This document shows positions 26,925-41,010 of a stretch of 64,000 bases of DNA, one piece after another. The notes under the pieces are model-generated. The model was not told the origin of the DNA, did no database searches, and was given only the letters and a program-made list of their open reading frames with translations. The stretch's first letter is position 1; each line of letters begins with the position of its first letter. The translations under genes and the position numbers were made by a program. The stretch is from Paraspadella gotoi (Eukaryota; Animalia; Chaetognatha), in contig CM119264.1 in NCBI GenBank assembly GCA_051294375.1, positions 28,686,696-28,750,695 of the forward strand, in the 5' to 3' direction.

Positions 26925-29900
26925 AACAACGTTCTCCACCAATCATCTTGTCGCTCCTCGTGTTTTCTTCACAATTACCGAGAAGATCACGTGATTGCGT
27001 TGAACCAAAAAAAAAAAAATGGGAGAAGTTGGTTAAATACTTAAAAAAAAGGTGAGAAGTGAAATGCGACGAGGCGTTGAATTGTCAATTTCACAGTTTT
27101 CCAGTTGAATCTGCTTTCTGTAATTGTTTTCGTTAACTTTATGTTAAATTTTTGTTTTGGTTTTGACGTTTTTTTTTTGGTTTCACGTGAACGCCCACAA
27201 AACAACACGATTGACCACACGAGTTCCATGAAACGAGAATTAAATTTAAATTAATGACGGTTTTTTTTTTTATGCGCGGTAAAGTTAGCTCCGCCTGGCG
27301 CCTGGCGTCAGGTTTTACGACAAAATGAAGGGGGGCGCTTAATGCCTCAAAGTCCCCATGTCTCAAAAAATTATAAGCGAAAGTGAAGTAGTGACTAGTG
27401 ACATACTATCACTACCCGTTGGATAAGACAGTTCCTTCCATCAGCGCCGTAATAGCGCATTGCGTAAATGCTATCTCTCGGAACCCAGTGGTCCTGGGCT
27501 CTCGTCCTGGTCGGAACGGTCGAAAGGGCAAAAGAGTAATGGGCCGGTCAAACCACCGGCAGCGAAGCCTCTTCACGGATCCGATGTTTTTGAAAGCAAG
27601 GCAACTGACGGAAAGTCATCTCCCAGACCCACTGGGCACAATAAGTGGGGTGGCCATTGGGGCTACCCACAGTATCCACTATCCAGTAACCACATCACGG
27701 CGACTCGCTCTCTCATCGGTCACATCAGCGACATTCTTTCTATCATTCGCCTCCTCATTGAAATTCTATTCGTTTTGAATCAAGAAACTGAAAAGACAAT
27801 CAGCGCTGACAATGGAATCAGATTCTTCAGTGAGATCTTTTCCTAATTAGATCTGTGTTCTGTAATCAAAACTGTCGATGAAATTGTGAAATGCTAGGAA
27901 AACTGGACAAATGTATCAATCTACACATATTCTCGAATCAACAAACAATAAAATCATAGAAAAATATACACAAAAAAAAACAACCTCAAAATTGTATTGT
28001 TTATATAAAAATAATTGAATACAAGGTTTGGGCGCCAAGAATCAAAAAAAAAAAAAAAAAAAAATTTCATCTCCGAAAAGTTCGATTTTCGATTATCTTA
28101 GTTGTGACAAATATTCAATAAAAGAGAAAAATATTCGATGATATTTGCTTTAGCCGTTTGTCTGCAGTTTCTTTGTTGATAACGAATGATGTGTCAAAGC
28201 AGAAAAAGATTTATTATTTTTTAGCATCGTAGTATCTGAATGGAACGACATTTTGGTCGGTCGGTCGGTCGGTCAAAAATATCCGTAATGAATGAAATCT
28301 ATATAGTAGTAATAATTAATTCTCACTTAGTTTCATTGTATTTTTTTTTAAAATTCCTAGTTTCGAAAACATCTGTATTAGGGCTTAGGTAAAATAACGG
28401 GTTCTTTATGTATCTATGTATATAATAGATTTTAAAAAAAATTAACTTACCGTATTTTGGTGAATATAAGCAAAACAACGGTGAGTACGACGACGTTAAC
28501 GATGGAACCATAAACGTAAATATTCTTAAGGATAAACTTGAAATCGTCAAGATTTTCCCGGTTGCCGATTGGCTGAGAAATAGAAAAGGCACCAAAGGAT
28601 TAAACCGATCGGCGGAGAAAAACAAAAACCAAAAAACCGACGGCGGTTTAAAAAACGATCGGAAGCCGATCGGGTGGAAACTGAAAAGCTCAATTGGCTG
28701 CGTTGGTTTGAAATACTATTGACAGCTGAGGGTGAGATTGCGTGGTGAGTGGTGAGTAGTGATTGGTGAGCTTGGAAAGCTTGGGGGAGAATAAGTTCAG
28801 GATGGAAACATTTTCAGTGTATTAACTGAAGAAAAGCAGTAAAGGCGATCTTGATTACAACGGTCCTGGGGTGGAGCTAGTCCACGGGATTTACAAAATT
28901 CTAATGAGATTTTGAAACCATACAAATATTGATTCTAAACAGAAATAGTTTGATATTTCATAAGAGAAGAATTTAACGGATTGATTTCATCCCTAAAAAT
29001 ATCAAGGATGTAATTGACTATAAAGTCTCCACGCGACCTTTCGAGTTTCGACGCTAAGCCCAAAAATACAGCGAATGGGACGCCCAATAAGGGGTTGCCT
29101 AATAGGAAATGCCCAATAAGAGATTGCCCAATAAGATCCTACGTTTCATCATCGCGAAGAAAAAGGAAAAAAAATTAGCCATCCTTTTTGAAGTTACCCC
29201 ATTTCAGATTAAATTCAGAAGTAAAGTACTTTTTTAAGTTTAAAGATTAAGTGGTTAAGGATAAAAAATTAGGTTAGGGATTAGAGTTAGGGATTAGTTT
29301 AAACATTTGGTTTGAATTTTGGTTAAGAATTAAGGTATAGGGTTAAGAGATAAAGTTAAGGATTAGGGTTAGATTAGGGTTTATAATAAGGTTTAATAAT
29401 AGTTTATTAAAAAAAAGATTAGGCTTAAATGCTATGGGTTACAAAAATTGGGCGCTTTCGGTAAATAGCGCCATAAAGTTTGCTGGGAAAAAGACTTCAT
29501 TACTTCGAAAAAGCAAAGACGGATTAGACGAATGGGAAAGTTTCAGTTTTTTTCCTGGGCGGGGAGGACGGAGAGGGAGAGAGAGGGAGAGGGAGGTAGA
29601 GAGGAAGGGAAGGGGAGGGAGAGAGGAGGGAGGGGGGCGGATGGAAAATGTGATGTGAGCTTATATTCGCATATAATGGCCGCGGGGCTCACAGCTCCTG
29701 TCGTTCCGCCCCGCTTTTTTTTTTAAATTCACAATTTTTTTTGAGGGGAAACTGAAAACGAGGCCGTTTGACAAAAAACAAAAACAACAAAAAACACATT
29801 CGCTTTGGTTGAATAAAATAAGAACGAGAATCACTTTTAGACGGATGTATTGTACGTACAGATCTACAGACTGACTGACAGACTGACAGATGAACAGAAT

Positions 29901-30000
29901 GACGGACAGCCCGAAAAAAGTTTTTTTTCGTCTCAGTAAGCCCCGTCTCAAAAAAAAGTTATTTCCATTCAAACCTTAGTCACGAACGGCCTTTTTCGCG

Positions 30001-30070
<70 letters not shown>

Positions 30071-30176
30071 ACTTTCTTTCCCCAATCCCTTGTTTTCTCC
30101 TTTCCTTGTTATCAAGCAATGACCGGGAACCGGTTCAGGCTTGATATATGATTCGGGTGAGCTTCTTTGTGACGTA

Positions 30177-30223
<47 letters not shown>

Positions 30224-30248
30224 GTCGTCGTCGTCGTCGTCTCGTCGT

Positions 30249-30314
<66 letters not shown>

Positions 30315-30340
30315 TGTCGTCGTCGTGTCGTCGTCGTCGT

Positions 30341-30381
<41 letters not shown>

Positions 30382-31203
30382 GTCGTCGTCGTCGTCGTCG
30401 TTCCGTCGTTCCGTCGGTGCGTCGGTTCGTCGTCGTCCGGTCGTGTCGCGTCGCCGTCACGCTGTTTTTAAATAAAAACTACTAACGCTTTTATAGGTTT
30501 GGACTGCTCACTTACCGTTTTTTTTTAAAATAAAAATTATTATGAATTATTCTAAGGTTTTACAAAAGTGTGCGATCTAGTAAGGTTAAAAAATTAGATA
30601 TGGCTTCTCAACTTGAAATAGCTTTGATATTTTCTTATTAATTTGGATTAAGTATTTTTGTTTGAATTTCCACTTCATTATGATTTACTGCAATATGCAA
30701 ATGAGATTTATAGTACTGATTATAATATCCAAATTAGTATATAGAAATGCTTTAAGCTAATTTACATATTGCAGTATATAATATTGAAGATGAAATTCAA
30801 AAAATTTTTTTTAAATTTCTAATAAAAATGGAACTCAAAGGATTTTTTTAATGAGAAGCTATATCTTAATTTTTACAAATAAAAATAAAATCTTTTACAA
30901 GCTGCGGATTGGAAAAATTGGAAAAAGTTTCCAATTGTAAACCATTGTACACATTTTTTGCCTTTCTTTTATTTATTTTTAATTATATTTTTTTTTAGGC
31001 GCGTGCCTTTTCTGAATCGTTTAAAAACGAGTTCAGATTTCTCTCTGTCTCTCTTTGTGTGCGATCTCTTGCGTGATCGTTCGTTTTTTGAAAAATTCTG
31101 ATTTATTTTTTCTTTCTAAAAAACATATATATTTGATCAGGCGCGGCCTTTTCTGAATCGTTTTAAAAAAACGAGTTCAGGCTCTCTCTCTCTCTCTCCA
31201 TCG

Positions 31204-31237
<34 letters not shown>

Positions 31238-31630
31238 TCTCTTTTTTTTTTACCAAAAAAAAATTATTCACTTGTTTTTACCACGTTTTTTGAAAAATTC
31301 TATTATTTCTTTCCTTCTAAAAACTTTTATTATCGCCATTTATTGCCGCGCTTCTTTCTCAATGACAAAATCCCAAATTTACATCTGAGATTTTCGTGGA
31401 TTTTTTTGAGAAAGATGTGAAGATAACTTACTTGACCTGGATTTCGTGCCGTTGCGGGGCAACGAGTAAACAATGTCGAGGAACATGACCTATAACGCGT
31501 TTTGATGGCAACGGAAACGTTACGTGTATAAAAAGAAATCAAACTTGACCGAGATCACGCGCGATATAAACAAGAGTGACCTAATATTGCGTATCGTTGG
31601 CGGGAAAACTTTCTCTCTCTCTCTTTCTCT

Positions 31631-31662
<32 letters not shown>

Positions 31663-31784
31663 ATCTCTCTCTCTTCTCTCTCTCTCTCTCTTCTCTCTCT
31701 CTCTTTTTTTTTTTTTTTTACAAAAAAAATTTATTCACTTGTAAACGAGTAAACGAGTTCGCGGCTCTCTCTCTCTCTCTCTCT

Positions 31785-31832
<48 letters not shown>

Positions 31833-32055
31833 CTTTCTCTTCTATCTGTCTCTCTCTCTCTTCTCTTTTCTATCTCTTTTTTTGTACAAAATAATTTTTA
31901 GTCACCTTTTTTTCATCCACCTCGTCATTAAACGAGTTCCGGCTCTCTCTATCTCTCTCTATCTCTTTTTTTTTTTTTTACAAAAAAATTTTTTAGTCAC
32001 TTTTTTTTTCACGCAGGCGACGAGTAAACGAGTAAACGAGTTCGGCTCTGTTCGG

Positions 32056-32087
<32 letters not shown>

Positions 32088-33526
32088 GTCCTCTCTCTCT
32101 GTGAATCTGGTAACCTCTCTCAATGTCGATGTCGTTCGTTTTTTTTGAAAATTCTTATTATTTTTTCCTTCTAAAAACTTTTATTATGCCATTTATTTTT
32201 TTTTTCTCTATACAAAATACCAAATTTACATCCGAGATTTTGCACATGGATTCATTTTTAGAAAAAAAATGGGCAGCAGCAATGTCACATGGTACATAGC
32301 TTGCTGCTGTAACATATACGCTCTATATGTCCGCGCAATGCGCGGATTAAATTTAATATGCATATATAATAGCTTTCTACAGCAAAAAAAAAAATTTTGT
32401 TTTTGTTTATTACGAACTTATTGGACCGTCCGGGCCCCACTATTGGCAATTATATCTAAAATGAGGAGTTGAGATGAAGAGAGCATATTGTCAATTAACA
32501 CATTTACTTTTTTTTTTTGTATTCTACATTTTTAAAATTTTAAAATTGTAATTTTTTTTTAGTGTATATATTTAATATTTTTATTTATTCTTTTTAAATA
32601 TAATAATATTTGAGTTGGGATAAATATATTAAATTGTTAAATATGCCAATATGAAATTTGACGCTCGCTCGGTTGCTTCTTAAAAAAAAAAAAGAACAAT
32701 CTAAAATTTCAATTCAAGATTAAAAACTTTTTTAAGAATGAGGACAATAATTATTTATTTTGATAAGTAAAAAAAATATTAGAAAGGAAAAGGAGTTTCG
32801 TCCTATCACAGATACGGTCAGAAAAAAACGAGTTTCAAGCTCTGCAGGGCGGTCCAAGCATTTCTACTATCTTTTCTCTCTCTCGTCTCTTCTCTCCTCC
32901 TCTCGATCTCTCCTCTCTCTCTCTCTCTCTCTCTTGTTTTCTTTTCTATTATTCGGCTTTATTCCGCCTTTTTTTCTCAATACAAAATCCGCAAATTTAC
33001 ATCACGAGATTTTCGTGAATTTTTTTTCTAAACATTTGGATTATTCTTTATATAAATCGAGCAGTGAAAAAATGACAGCCCTCTCTCCTCTTATCTTTCT
33101 CTTCTCTCTCTCTCCCTCCTTCTTCTCTCTCTCTCCTCTGCTCTCTCTCTCTCTCTCTCATCTTCCATCTCATTCTTTTCATTCATAACAACGCATATTG
33201 TTTGTTTTATTTAGCGATGAATGACTGCATCGCGTACAATGAAATGACTATCATCGCAATTCAATGAATATTTATCATACAATATCAAATACATGATTAT
33301 GCATCACATCAGTCTATTATTATAAATTATCATCGCATCAATTATTGGTTATCTATCAATATTAGTTATCATGGCAATAATAATATTTGGTTACATCGAA
33401 AGCTGGCGATCCCTATGTGCCTTAAGGATTTTCCTAAAATTCTGATTGCGTTTCGTTGGCAGGGAAAACTGTCCAGCCTCTCTCTTCTCTCGTCTCTCTC
33501 GCCTCATCCTCTCGTTCTCTCCTCTC

Positions 33527-33557
<31 letters not shown>

Positions 33558-34184
33558 TCTTTCACTCATACACGCATTTGTTTGTTTTAATTTACGATGA
33601 ATGAATGACTATCATCGCATAATGGTAATGACTATCATCATGGTTGATCTTATTGCTTTTTAAGATTTTTTTTTGTTTCCCCTTTTTCTCTCCTAACTGT
33701 TTCCGGAGACCTGTCGAAGTATGAAATCTGGTAATAAAAAAAAAAAAATCAAACTCGATCAAGTTTTTTTGTGTTTTTGTTTCGTTTCGCCGGATGATTT
33801 AGAGTAAACAAACCTTTTGTTTTCTTTTCCGGATCAAAAGACGACGAAATTTTCTGACCTCACGTCCGGAAAATTGCAAGACGCCTTGCTCTTTTTTTCT
33901 TCCTTTTTTTCCTTTTTCTTTCCTTTCTTTTTCGTCTTTTCTCACTTCGTTCGACATCGATTTACGATTTACTCGATTTACTCGGACTTATTTTCATCAA
34001 TCACTAGAATCCCCCTATTCACTGCGATTCAACTGTAAAGTTAAGCAATATATTTTGATACAATATACAATTTATACATACCTCATACTGATCCTTACTG
34101 TATTCCTCGCATCGGTTGTAGTTCGTCCATTCCTTCCATTTCCAAACTCCGGAAATTGAACATGATTCGAAAAGGAAAACGTCT

Positions 34185-34274
<90 letters not shown>

Positions 34275-34898
34275 CGAGAGAGAATTGAGGATCGGATATA
34301 GAAAGATTATGACAGAGATAAATACGAAAAAGAACAAGACACAGTCATTTCAAAGTGTTGCGCCGCACTGTTTTTATCAGATGCACCCTTTTCTTGATAA
34401 ATAAGTGACTGCATAAGTACAAAACTTGTGCCAAATATGTATGATTATAGGTGTTTTAGGATAAATCACCTACTAATTATACCGCTTTGATACTTAGTTT
34501 GTATTTTTACACGATTAAACATAAATGGGATAGCATAACAGACAGACCGACCGAAAAGAGACTTATAGACAATATACTCTTTTAACTTTATTAAAAAAGC
34601 TGGAGGAGAAGGAGAAGACGAAAATAGTGATTGAAAATATAATAAAGAAATAGAAGTAAGAAAGAAAAAAAGATAGAGAGAATATAAAAAAGATCTGATA
34701 AGATTTCAGATAGAAAATCTTCCCCGTGAGCAGCCATGTAATATCGCTAATCCGCTTGGTCATATCTCATACTTCATGCCAAGCCATTACCGTCAGGACT
34801 CTCTTGCAGATTCGGACACCGTTTGGTGATGTTGTTTCCCGCCAATGTGGGGGGCCAGCAGAGGACGGTGTCCCAAAACGCGGGGCAGTAGGTGGCGT
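14455..34898 (-). CDS. Secretin-family (class B1) peptide GPCR of calcitonin/CRF/PDF-receptor type. Exons (minus strand): 34791-34898, 34082-34182, 28451-28572, 20139-20250, 19161-19317, 18776-18832, 16712-16831, 16014-16068, 15510-15614, 15339-15411, 15062-15193, 14455-14685; N-terminus probably in or beyond the gap 34964-35218
   Basis: Hormone-binding domain YCPAFWDTVLCWPPTLAG..CP and SCSISGVW..WTNYNRC; LHCPRITIHKHL; ANFFWALNEGLY; IIIGWVLPAIP; CW..WIYGGPML; ILVTKLRS; RAIRSVLILVPLLGV; VQGIVVGVVFCFLNKQVQ. All junctions are GT-AG and phase-compatible. Confidence 0.92.
16345..16418 (-). ncRNA. Type-P5 twister ribozyme, intact-looking
   Basis: Minus strand: GCAGTT AAGAGG GA-CGG GGCGCT TAA CCC GC CTGTAAC-tcggt-GTTACAG CCTGA T-CCG-AAGC TTAGG GACTGC. 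P5, P3, P4, T1 (CCG:CGG) and T2 (GC:GC) all pair; P2 is only 2-3 bp. Confidence 0.82.
16421..16493 (-). mobile_element. tRNA-derived Pol III head of the twister SINE
   Basis: Perfect 7-bp acceptor-like stem GCGGCCA/TGGCCGC, A-box-like TGGTGCCGGAGG, T-arm CCGGG-TTCTAG-CCCGG. The anticodon arm is not canonical, so this is not a functional tRNA. Confidence 0.72.
23200..23420. repeat. ~21-22 bp minisatellite (TTGATGCGATGATAACCAAATA)n
   Basis: Visible tandem units; a degenerate inverted relative lies at ~33220-33400. Confidence 0.75.
24055..24545. repeat. Three degenerate ~160-180 bp tandem units
   Basis: AGTAAATGTGACTTAT..TTAAACTCATTTCACT..AACTTTATATC..CCTACCCAC recurs at ~24066, ~24222 and ~24401. 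Confidence 0.75.
27400..27900 (+). pseudogene. Degenerate LTR-retrotransposon (Ty3/Gypsy-like) integrase remnant
   Basis: GC-richer island with PLHGSDVFESK (first catalytic Asp region) and EKTISADNGIRFFSEIF (SDNGxxFxS motif); frameshifted and truncated. Confidence 0.45.
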
Positions 34899-36679
34899 CT
34901 GTGGAGTAAAGGGGAATAAAAGGGTGGGGGAGAGATAGAGTGAGATAGAGAGAGAAAGAAAGANNNNNNNNNNNNNNNNNNNNNNNNNNNNNNNNNNNNN
35001 NNNNNNNNNNNNNNNNNNNNNNNNNNNNNNNNNNNNNNNNNNNNNNNNNNNNNNNNNNNNNNNNNNNNNNNNNNNNNNNNNNNNNNNNNNNNNNNNNNNN
35101 NNNNNNNNNNNNNNNNNNNNNNNNNNNNNNNNNNNNNNNNNNNNNNNNNNNNNNNNNNNNNNNNNNNNNNNNNNNNNNNNNNNNNNNNNNNNNNNNNNNN
35201 NNNNNNNNNNNNNNNNNNAGGAAAGAGAGTTCACATAGAACATAAGCGGCAAACATGTTTCACAAGCGGCGAGCTATCATAAAAACAAAGCGAATATCAA
35301 TGATGGCTCACGCTACGGAAATGTTTACCCCATTGCATAATTCATTGGATCAACTCTGCCGAAATTCACAATCGCGACGAATTTCAGTCACAAAAATATT
35401 TCTGTCAACTTCCGGTGTACGGACCATCCCTCCCCCCTCGCCCGGCCGCCCCCCCTCGGCCCCCCACCCACGAGTTCGGTCGTCAACCTCGAATATGGCC
35501 GGAACTAAGATCCCCCCACGCCAGTGGTCGCGGCGTTGTGGAGCGTGGTTCCGGCGTGGGCGCGTGGAAATGTCGATGGTGAAGCGATAACGAGACGGAA
35601 GCCATTGTGGGTGGCAAATTGGATATTTGTATGTTTTGAATTGTTATTATTTTATTGTATACAAATGTATTAAAAATATTGTATTGTATTGTATACATTT
35701 GTAATAAAAAACATTTTCTCTAAATATCAGTTTTGTGAGTATATGAAATTAGTACAAACAAAATAAAATTATAAATAAGCTAACGTAGCAAGACATTACA
35801 AGACTCCGACACAAGTTATTAATTCCCACTTCGATTATTTAAAATTGTATTATATTATATTATATTATATTTTTCATCGATCGTTTGAAGTTTTTGTCAT
35901 TTACTTTTTTAGCGAAACGATGCAGAAAAGTTTTGAAAAGAAGATAAATTGTGGGCGCGAGAAGAGAGAAAGTGTCTTTGCTTGACGAGGACTAAAAATA
36001 GAATAAGTAACAAGTATAAAAAACAGGTCATTGACCCGATTTCTCATAGCTTCTTTCGTTAGTATATTTAGTGCTCTTTACCTAAAAGATCTTTACATAA
36101 AAGTAAAACTGGGGAGCGGCTGGATTTATAATTTTCAAATATATATGAAGATAGATGATATAAAGAGATATGGAGTCGAAAAAAAAAAGATAACATGAAA
36201 AGATACAGTCATGTACAAAAAAAATTACCCTGAATACTTTGGTTCTTTAAACTTTGAAGGAAAATTAAAGTTTATTAAAAGATAAATAGTTTGGTATAAA
36301 TTTTATAGAAATCAGGCTATCCATTTGGGAGCAATGATTTTTTTAAAATGAAGTACTCTAGAGCAAAGTTACAGCAGACTAATCTTCTTTCTTCTGATAT
36401 TTTTTATTCTTTATAGTTATTTATAGTTTAAAAATAATTATGACTGATGGACAAGCAGACAAAGGGACCGACTGACCGGCAATCACCACGTAAGTTTGCA
36501 GAGTGTCCTCGTGAGTAAAGAAATAAAGAAAGAAAGAAAGTCAGTCAGTCAGTCCGTCAGTCCGTCAGTCAGTCAGTCAGTCAGTCAGTCAGTCAGTCAG
36601 TCAGTCAGTCAGTCAGTCAGAGAGAGAAGATGACTACCTCTAATTTTAAATCCAAGAGGGAGACTAGAAGATTAAGGTT

Positions 36680-36820
36680 GCAAGCATAGGCCAATCCATG
36701 AGGAAAGCAAGGGCGAGGGGGCGACAAGCATAGGCCAATCCCTGAGGAAAGCAAGGGCGAGGGGGCGACAAGCAGAGACCTATCCGCGAGAAAAGCAAGA
36801 ACAAGCAGGCGCCAAGCGGG
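36680..36820. repeat. ~45 bp tandem repeat, ~3 copies
   Basis: CAAGCATAGGCCAATCC.TGAGGAAAGCAAGGGCGAGGGGGCGA repeated. Confidence 0.7.
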
Positions 36821-38525
36821 GTGACCGGGGCGAAGAAAATGGGAATCGCGCGTAAGAAACTCGACGAATTATGTTTTTGTCGGTGCGTCAGTCCATCAGT
36901 CCATCAGTCCATCAGTCAGTCTGCGGGTTTGTTGGTCATTGACTCAATTGAGTGTCAATTATTTATTTAGTCGGTCTAATTTTTGTTGTGATAAAACTAA
37001 GTATGACATAAAACAAATTTTTCTACTTACGTAAATTAAAATAATAACATTTTTTTTTATTAAAGAGTAAAGATTAATGAAAGAGAAAGAGAAAAAATAG
37101 TCGGAAAAGAGTTCACGCGCGTTTCACGGTGAAAAGGAGAGGGGATTCCTTCGGTTCACGGGCAGGGGTTAATAAGCTTCCCGCTGAGTTTCTAGCGCAG
37201 ACATCACGTCGAGTGAATCAACGTCTTTGACTTAATGCCGCCTTAAGGAGGAACAGCGGATGTAGTGCAACTTGACGGCTGCTTAATATTTCAACTTTTA
37301 TCTTTTTCTTAAACCTCAAAAAATATTTTCTTCGTTGATAATTACCGCATATTGATAATGATAAAATAGCCAGAGTTGCCAAATTTACGAAGTAGTAGTT
37401 TCACAGTGCGGGCGTCGCCGTTTTCGGACGGCTAATTTAGAGGAAGGAATAAACGATATTCATGTAACGAGCTTCGGCTGCAGCGTCGGCAGCAGCGGCG
37501 GCTGCGGCAGCGACGTCCATATTTTGGGATGAGTTTGGCGATAACCAGCGTTTATGAATTGTAAAAGAAGCTCGTATCAATAAATCGAAGACCACTTGGA
37601 TATTTGGATACAAAACCGAAGGTTAGATCTTCATCAAATGATATTTTTCATTGGAATTGAGCTAGAGAAGAGATGGTCGCCATGCCACCAACATTAAAAA
37701 CGAATTTCGTTCCAAATCAAAAGGGCACATTGGCTCTAATTAAGGACACCTTGGCCCAATGTCAAGCACTCTTTGGCCTTAGTTAATAGGGCATTTAGGC
37801 CCCCACTTTGGCCCCAAGTCAAAAAGGGCATTTTGGCCCAGGTCGAGACGTTTTCCTTTACGACCTCCGTTTGTGGCAAAGAAACGATTTCGGGTCCATG
37901 AAATCGCGAAGGAAAAAAATCTGACGCTCCCTTGTCCGAACACCATAGTCCGACAACGATACTCCCTTGTCCGAACGCCGTCCTTTTATTTCCCTTTATT
38001 CTACACCGTTTTCCCTTTGTCCTAGACCGTTGTCCTTTGTCCTACTCCTACAACGTCTTACCCTTGTACGACGCCATGCTCTCTGGTCCGTACATTGTTT
38101 CCAGTCGGTCATCCTTTGCCCGACTCAATTGTTATTTGGTCTCTGAATGACCAATTGAAGTCCAAGAAACGAGTCCTATTTAGGGACATCGACCGACGGA
38201 ATTAGGAAATCAGCTTTTTTCTTTTTTTTCTCTTTTTTTTCTCTTTTTTTTCTTTTAGCGTCGTGAACAAGATGATAAGAAAGACTTAATTGGGCAACAT
38301 CTCAGTTGCGAGCGCGAGAGTCAACAATCTTTTTGGACTTTGATTGTAATAATATGTAAATTTAATTAATCGATGCGAAATATTAACAAAGTTTTGAAAA
38401 AGTAAAAAAAAAAAAACATGAAAAAAAGTTCGTTGAAATAAAATTTTAAAATTATTAATACATTTTTTCCCTGTGTTTTGATATTATTTAAAAAATTTTG
38501 CAATTTGGCAATGTCCACAATATCC

Positions 38526-38808
38526 AGTAGATTCAAAATGTATGTATTTTTGTCCCTTTAAACCAGACATTAGAAAATAAAGGAAATGGGACCATGGGGT
38601 AAAGGCTAAGGTCAATTTATTCACTTCCTCCTCCTCATCCTCATCCTCCTCCAGATTTTAATCACCTGAATGTCATTCCAGAATCAAGATCAAGGAGGAA
38701 GAGGAGGAGGAGGAAGAGGATAAATTGACCTTCACCCCATTGTCCCATTCCCTTTATTTTCTTATGTCTGGTTTAAAGGGACAACAATACATCCATTTCA
38801 CATCTACT
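38526..38808. mobile_element. Hairpin MITE with ~120 bp inverted arms
   Basis: AGTAGAT..TTGTCCCTTTAAACCAGACAT..GGTCAATTTAT..TCCTCC pairs with GGAGG..ATAAATTGACC..ATGTCTGGTTTAAAGGGACAA..ATCTACT. Confidence 0.75.
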
Positions 38809-39405
38809 ATGCCCGATGGCCCTAAAAAATGTCCGTCTTATTCTTAAAAAAAAAAGAAAAAAAAAACCATAATTTTTCGCGTCAAAGGTTTAAATTTGTC
38901 TCTTTGACCTCAATTTTCGTGTGAGATTCCAACTAATTCTTCCCGGACACGCCGCTCACTGGTCAGTGGTCACCTCCGCTCGCATTAGGCCGCGCCCATT
39001 TTTTTTTCGAACGTGACGCTATTTTTGTTCTGCTTAAAAGCTATTATTGGGTCGTTAAAGGCAAAGGCCTAAACGAGTCAAAAATACCTTTCTATTTTAG
39101 GGCGAGAAATAGAAAAAGAAAAAAATAGAGGGAAAACGAAAAATAGTTTGCCTAAAACTAGTAAAAGCTAAACTAAGTGAACTTAAAAAGCTAAAACATT
39201 TCGATTAAGAGATCAAGAAGCTAAATTTTTACAACAAATTCTAAATGCCATAGATCCGAGAAAAAAAAATCTTTCAAATGAAAAAAAAGGCCACCATAAT
39301 TTAAAAAAAAAAGCCAAAAAACAGAAAAATTTCCTCCGCCCCCACCCCCGCAAAAAAGGGGTGCAAAAAAATGAATTGAGGCTCATTTCCGCGTTGGATC
39401 ATCAA

Positions 39406-39500
<95 letters not shown>

Positions 39501-39669
39501 TCAATCAAGAAATCTTTCTACTTCGTCGCAAAACTTCTCCTATTTTTTTTTCGACCTGAAATTCTATAATTCACTTTGTCGGTCTGTCGGTCTCAAACAA
39601 AAATCTTGTAAGTTACTTAGATCATGTCAGAACATCGAATTATGATAAATTATGCCAAAAAAATTGATT

Positions 39670-39976
39670 TCCGTTCATCCGTCCATCTTACCGTCCGTCC
39701 ATCTGTCCATCCTACCTTAGCTTTGAACGCCAATCACTCATGAGTGGATCAGGCAATTGACATAGAATTTTGTATGTGGGTGAAGAAGTCTGTTATTGAG
39801 CTGGAAATAAAGTATCAATGGAAAAAATAAAAAAATATATTTCCCTATTAAAATTGATTTTTTTTCTTTTGAGACAGAGGTAACTAAGGTTGAAAAAACT
39901 ATTTGTTATAAATATTGATAATAAATTATCTTAAAAATCATCGTAGGCAGATCCGGCATTGTTTGTTCAAACTTGT
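39670..39976 (+). mobile_element. Second DINE-1/HINE-like copy
   Basis: CCGTCC microsatellite, CCTTAGCTTT..ATGAGTGGATCAG and the 3' GCAGATCCGGCATTGTT..CAAACTT are shared with 9316-9856. Confidence 0.6.
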
Positions 39977-40448
39977 TTTAAAAAATAATATGTTTGCTGG
40001 ATTCAATGCTGTTTTAATGAACTTTTTTTTATTGAAATTCTATCGTGAAAGAAGCCAATTTGCCAATTTTCGATGTCATCTCGAATAACAAAATTATTCG
40101 TTTCTCTTTATTAATTTTTTTCCCCTTTTATATTTTTAAGTTCGATCCATTAACCCCCTACCCTTTCCCCCCCCCCTCCCCCCGTGTGAAGTACATAAGA
40201 GGAAAATCATTGGTAATGATGTCTACGGTTCATCGGTGAGACAAATGGTCAATGCAACGACCCAATGGTCATGAAACCTGCGACAAATCGACTTACTTTT
40301 TATTCCTCCATATTAACCCCTGTCGGTTTCTCAGTCCTTCTGCGAGGCTCTTACCGATAAGACCTCGGTTCCAAAAATAGTAACCGGGGATAAATGAGCT
40401 CAGTTAACCCACGGATTAACTCACGGATTAGAAAAGAGGTAAGCGATA

Positions 40449-40809
40449 CAGTCATGTGCAAAAAAACTGCGCCATTTTATTTCAAACTTTAAAAAACATC
40501 TCATATACTTAATTTTTAAAAAAATTAATAAAAGTTTATTAAAAGATGATAAGTTTGGCATTAATCTTATTAAAATCGGGCCATCCATTTAGGAGCAGTA
40601 ATTTTTTTAAAATAAAATACTTTACCGCAATGCTAAACGTAAAAGTATTTGAAGTAGATTAAAAATGGATAAAAATTACTTGATAACTGGATTACCCCGC
40701 ATCCCTAAATATTAATCTTTTTATTTTTCTTATATAATTTTTAAAGATATTTTTATGGAGCATCTGGAATTTAAAGTGATAAAGTGGCACGTTTTTTTAC
40801 ACATGAGTG
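40449..40809. mobile_element. Tc1/mariner-like MITE
   Basis: TA|CAGTCATGTGCAAAAAAACTGCGCCATTTTAT left end and ATAAAGTGGCACGTTTTTTTACACATGAGTG right end; a partial relative starts at ~36204. Confidence 0.6.
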
Positions 40810-40956
40810 TCGATACACGAAGAAAATAATATTATTTTGTTTCTTGTAAAAAATAGTCAAAAATATTTGAAAAAGAAACGATTTAAGTATTTTTTAAGCA
40901 TGTTAACCATCTCAGTTTATATATATAAACTTAGAGGAAAGAAATAATAATTTGTT

Positions 40957-41010
40957 TTCAAAGCGCTGATGAAAACTTGTAATCATAAAGTCGAAATATG
41001 TCCTATTGAA
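40957..41010 (+). ncRNA. Degenerate minimal type I hammerhead ribozyme (Penelope-type) within an inverted repeat
   Basis: CTGATGA (40966-72), stem II ACTT/AAGT, GAAA (40993-96), TATGTC, then AATAAA. Flanked by a 23-bp perfect inverted repeat (40931-40953 / 41034-41056). Confidence 0.5.

Noticed and set aside
29969-30485. Poly-T/V/S/D ORFs and similar poly-ER/LS ORFs across the window
   Set aside because: Translations of (GTC)n, (AG)n and (ATC)n microsatellites or N gaps.
37395-37445. GCCGT/ACGGC hairpin followed by TAAT, resembling an HDV-like ribozyme P4 and J4/2
   Set aside because: No P1, P3 or L3 elements could be found upstream.
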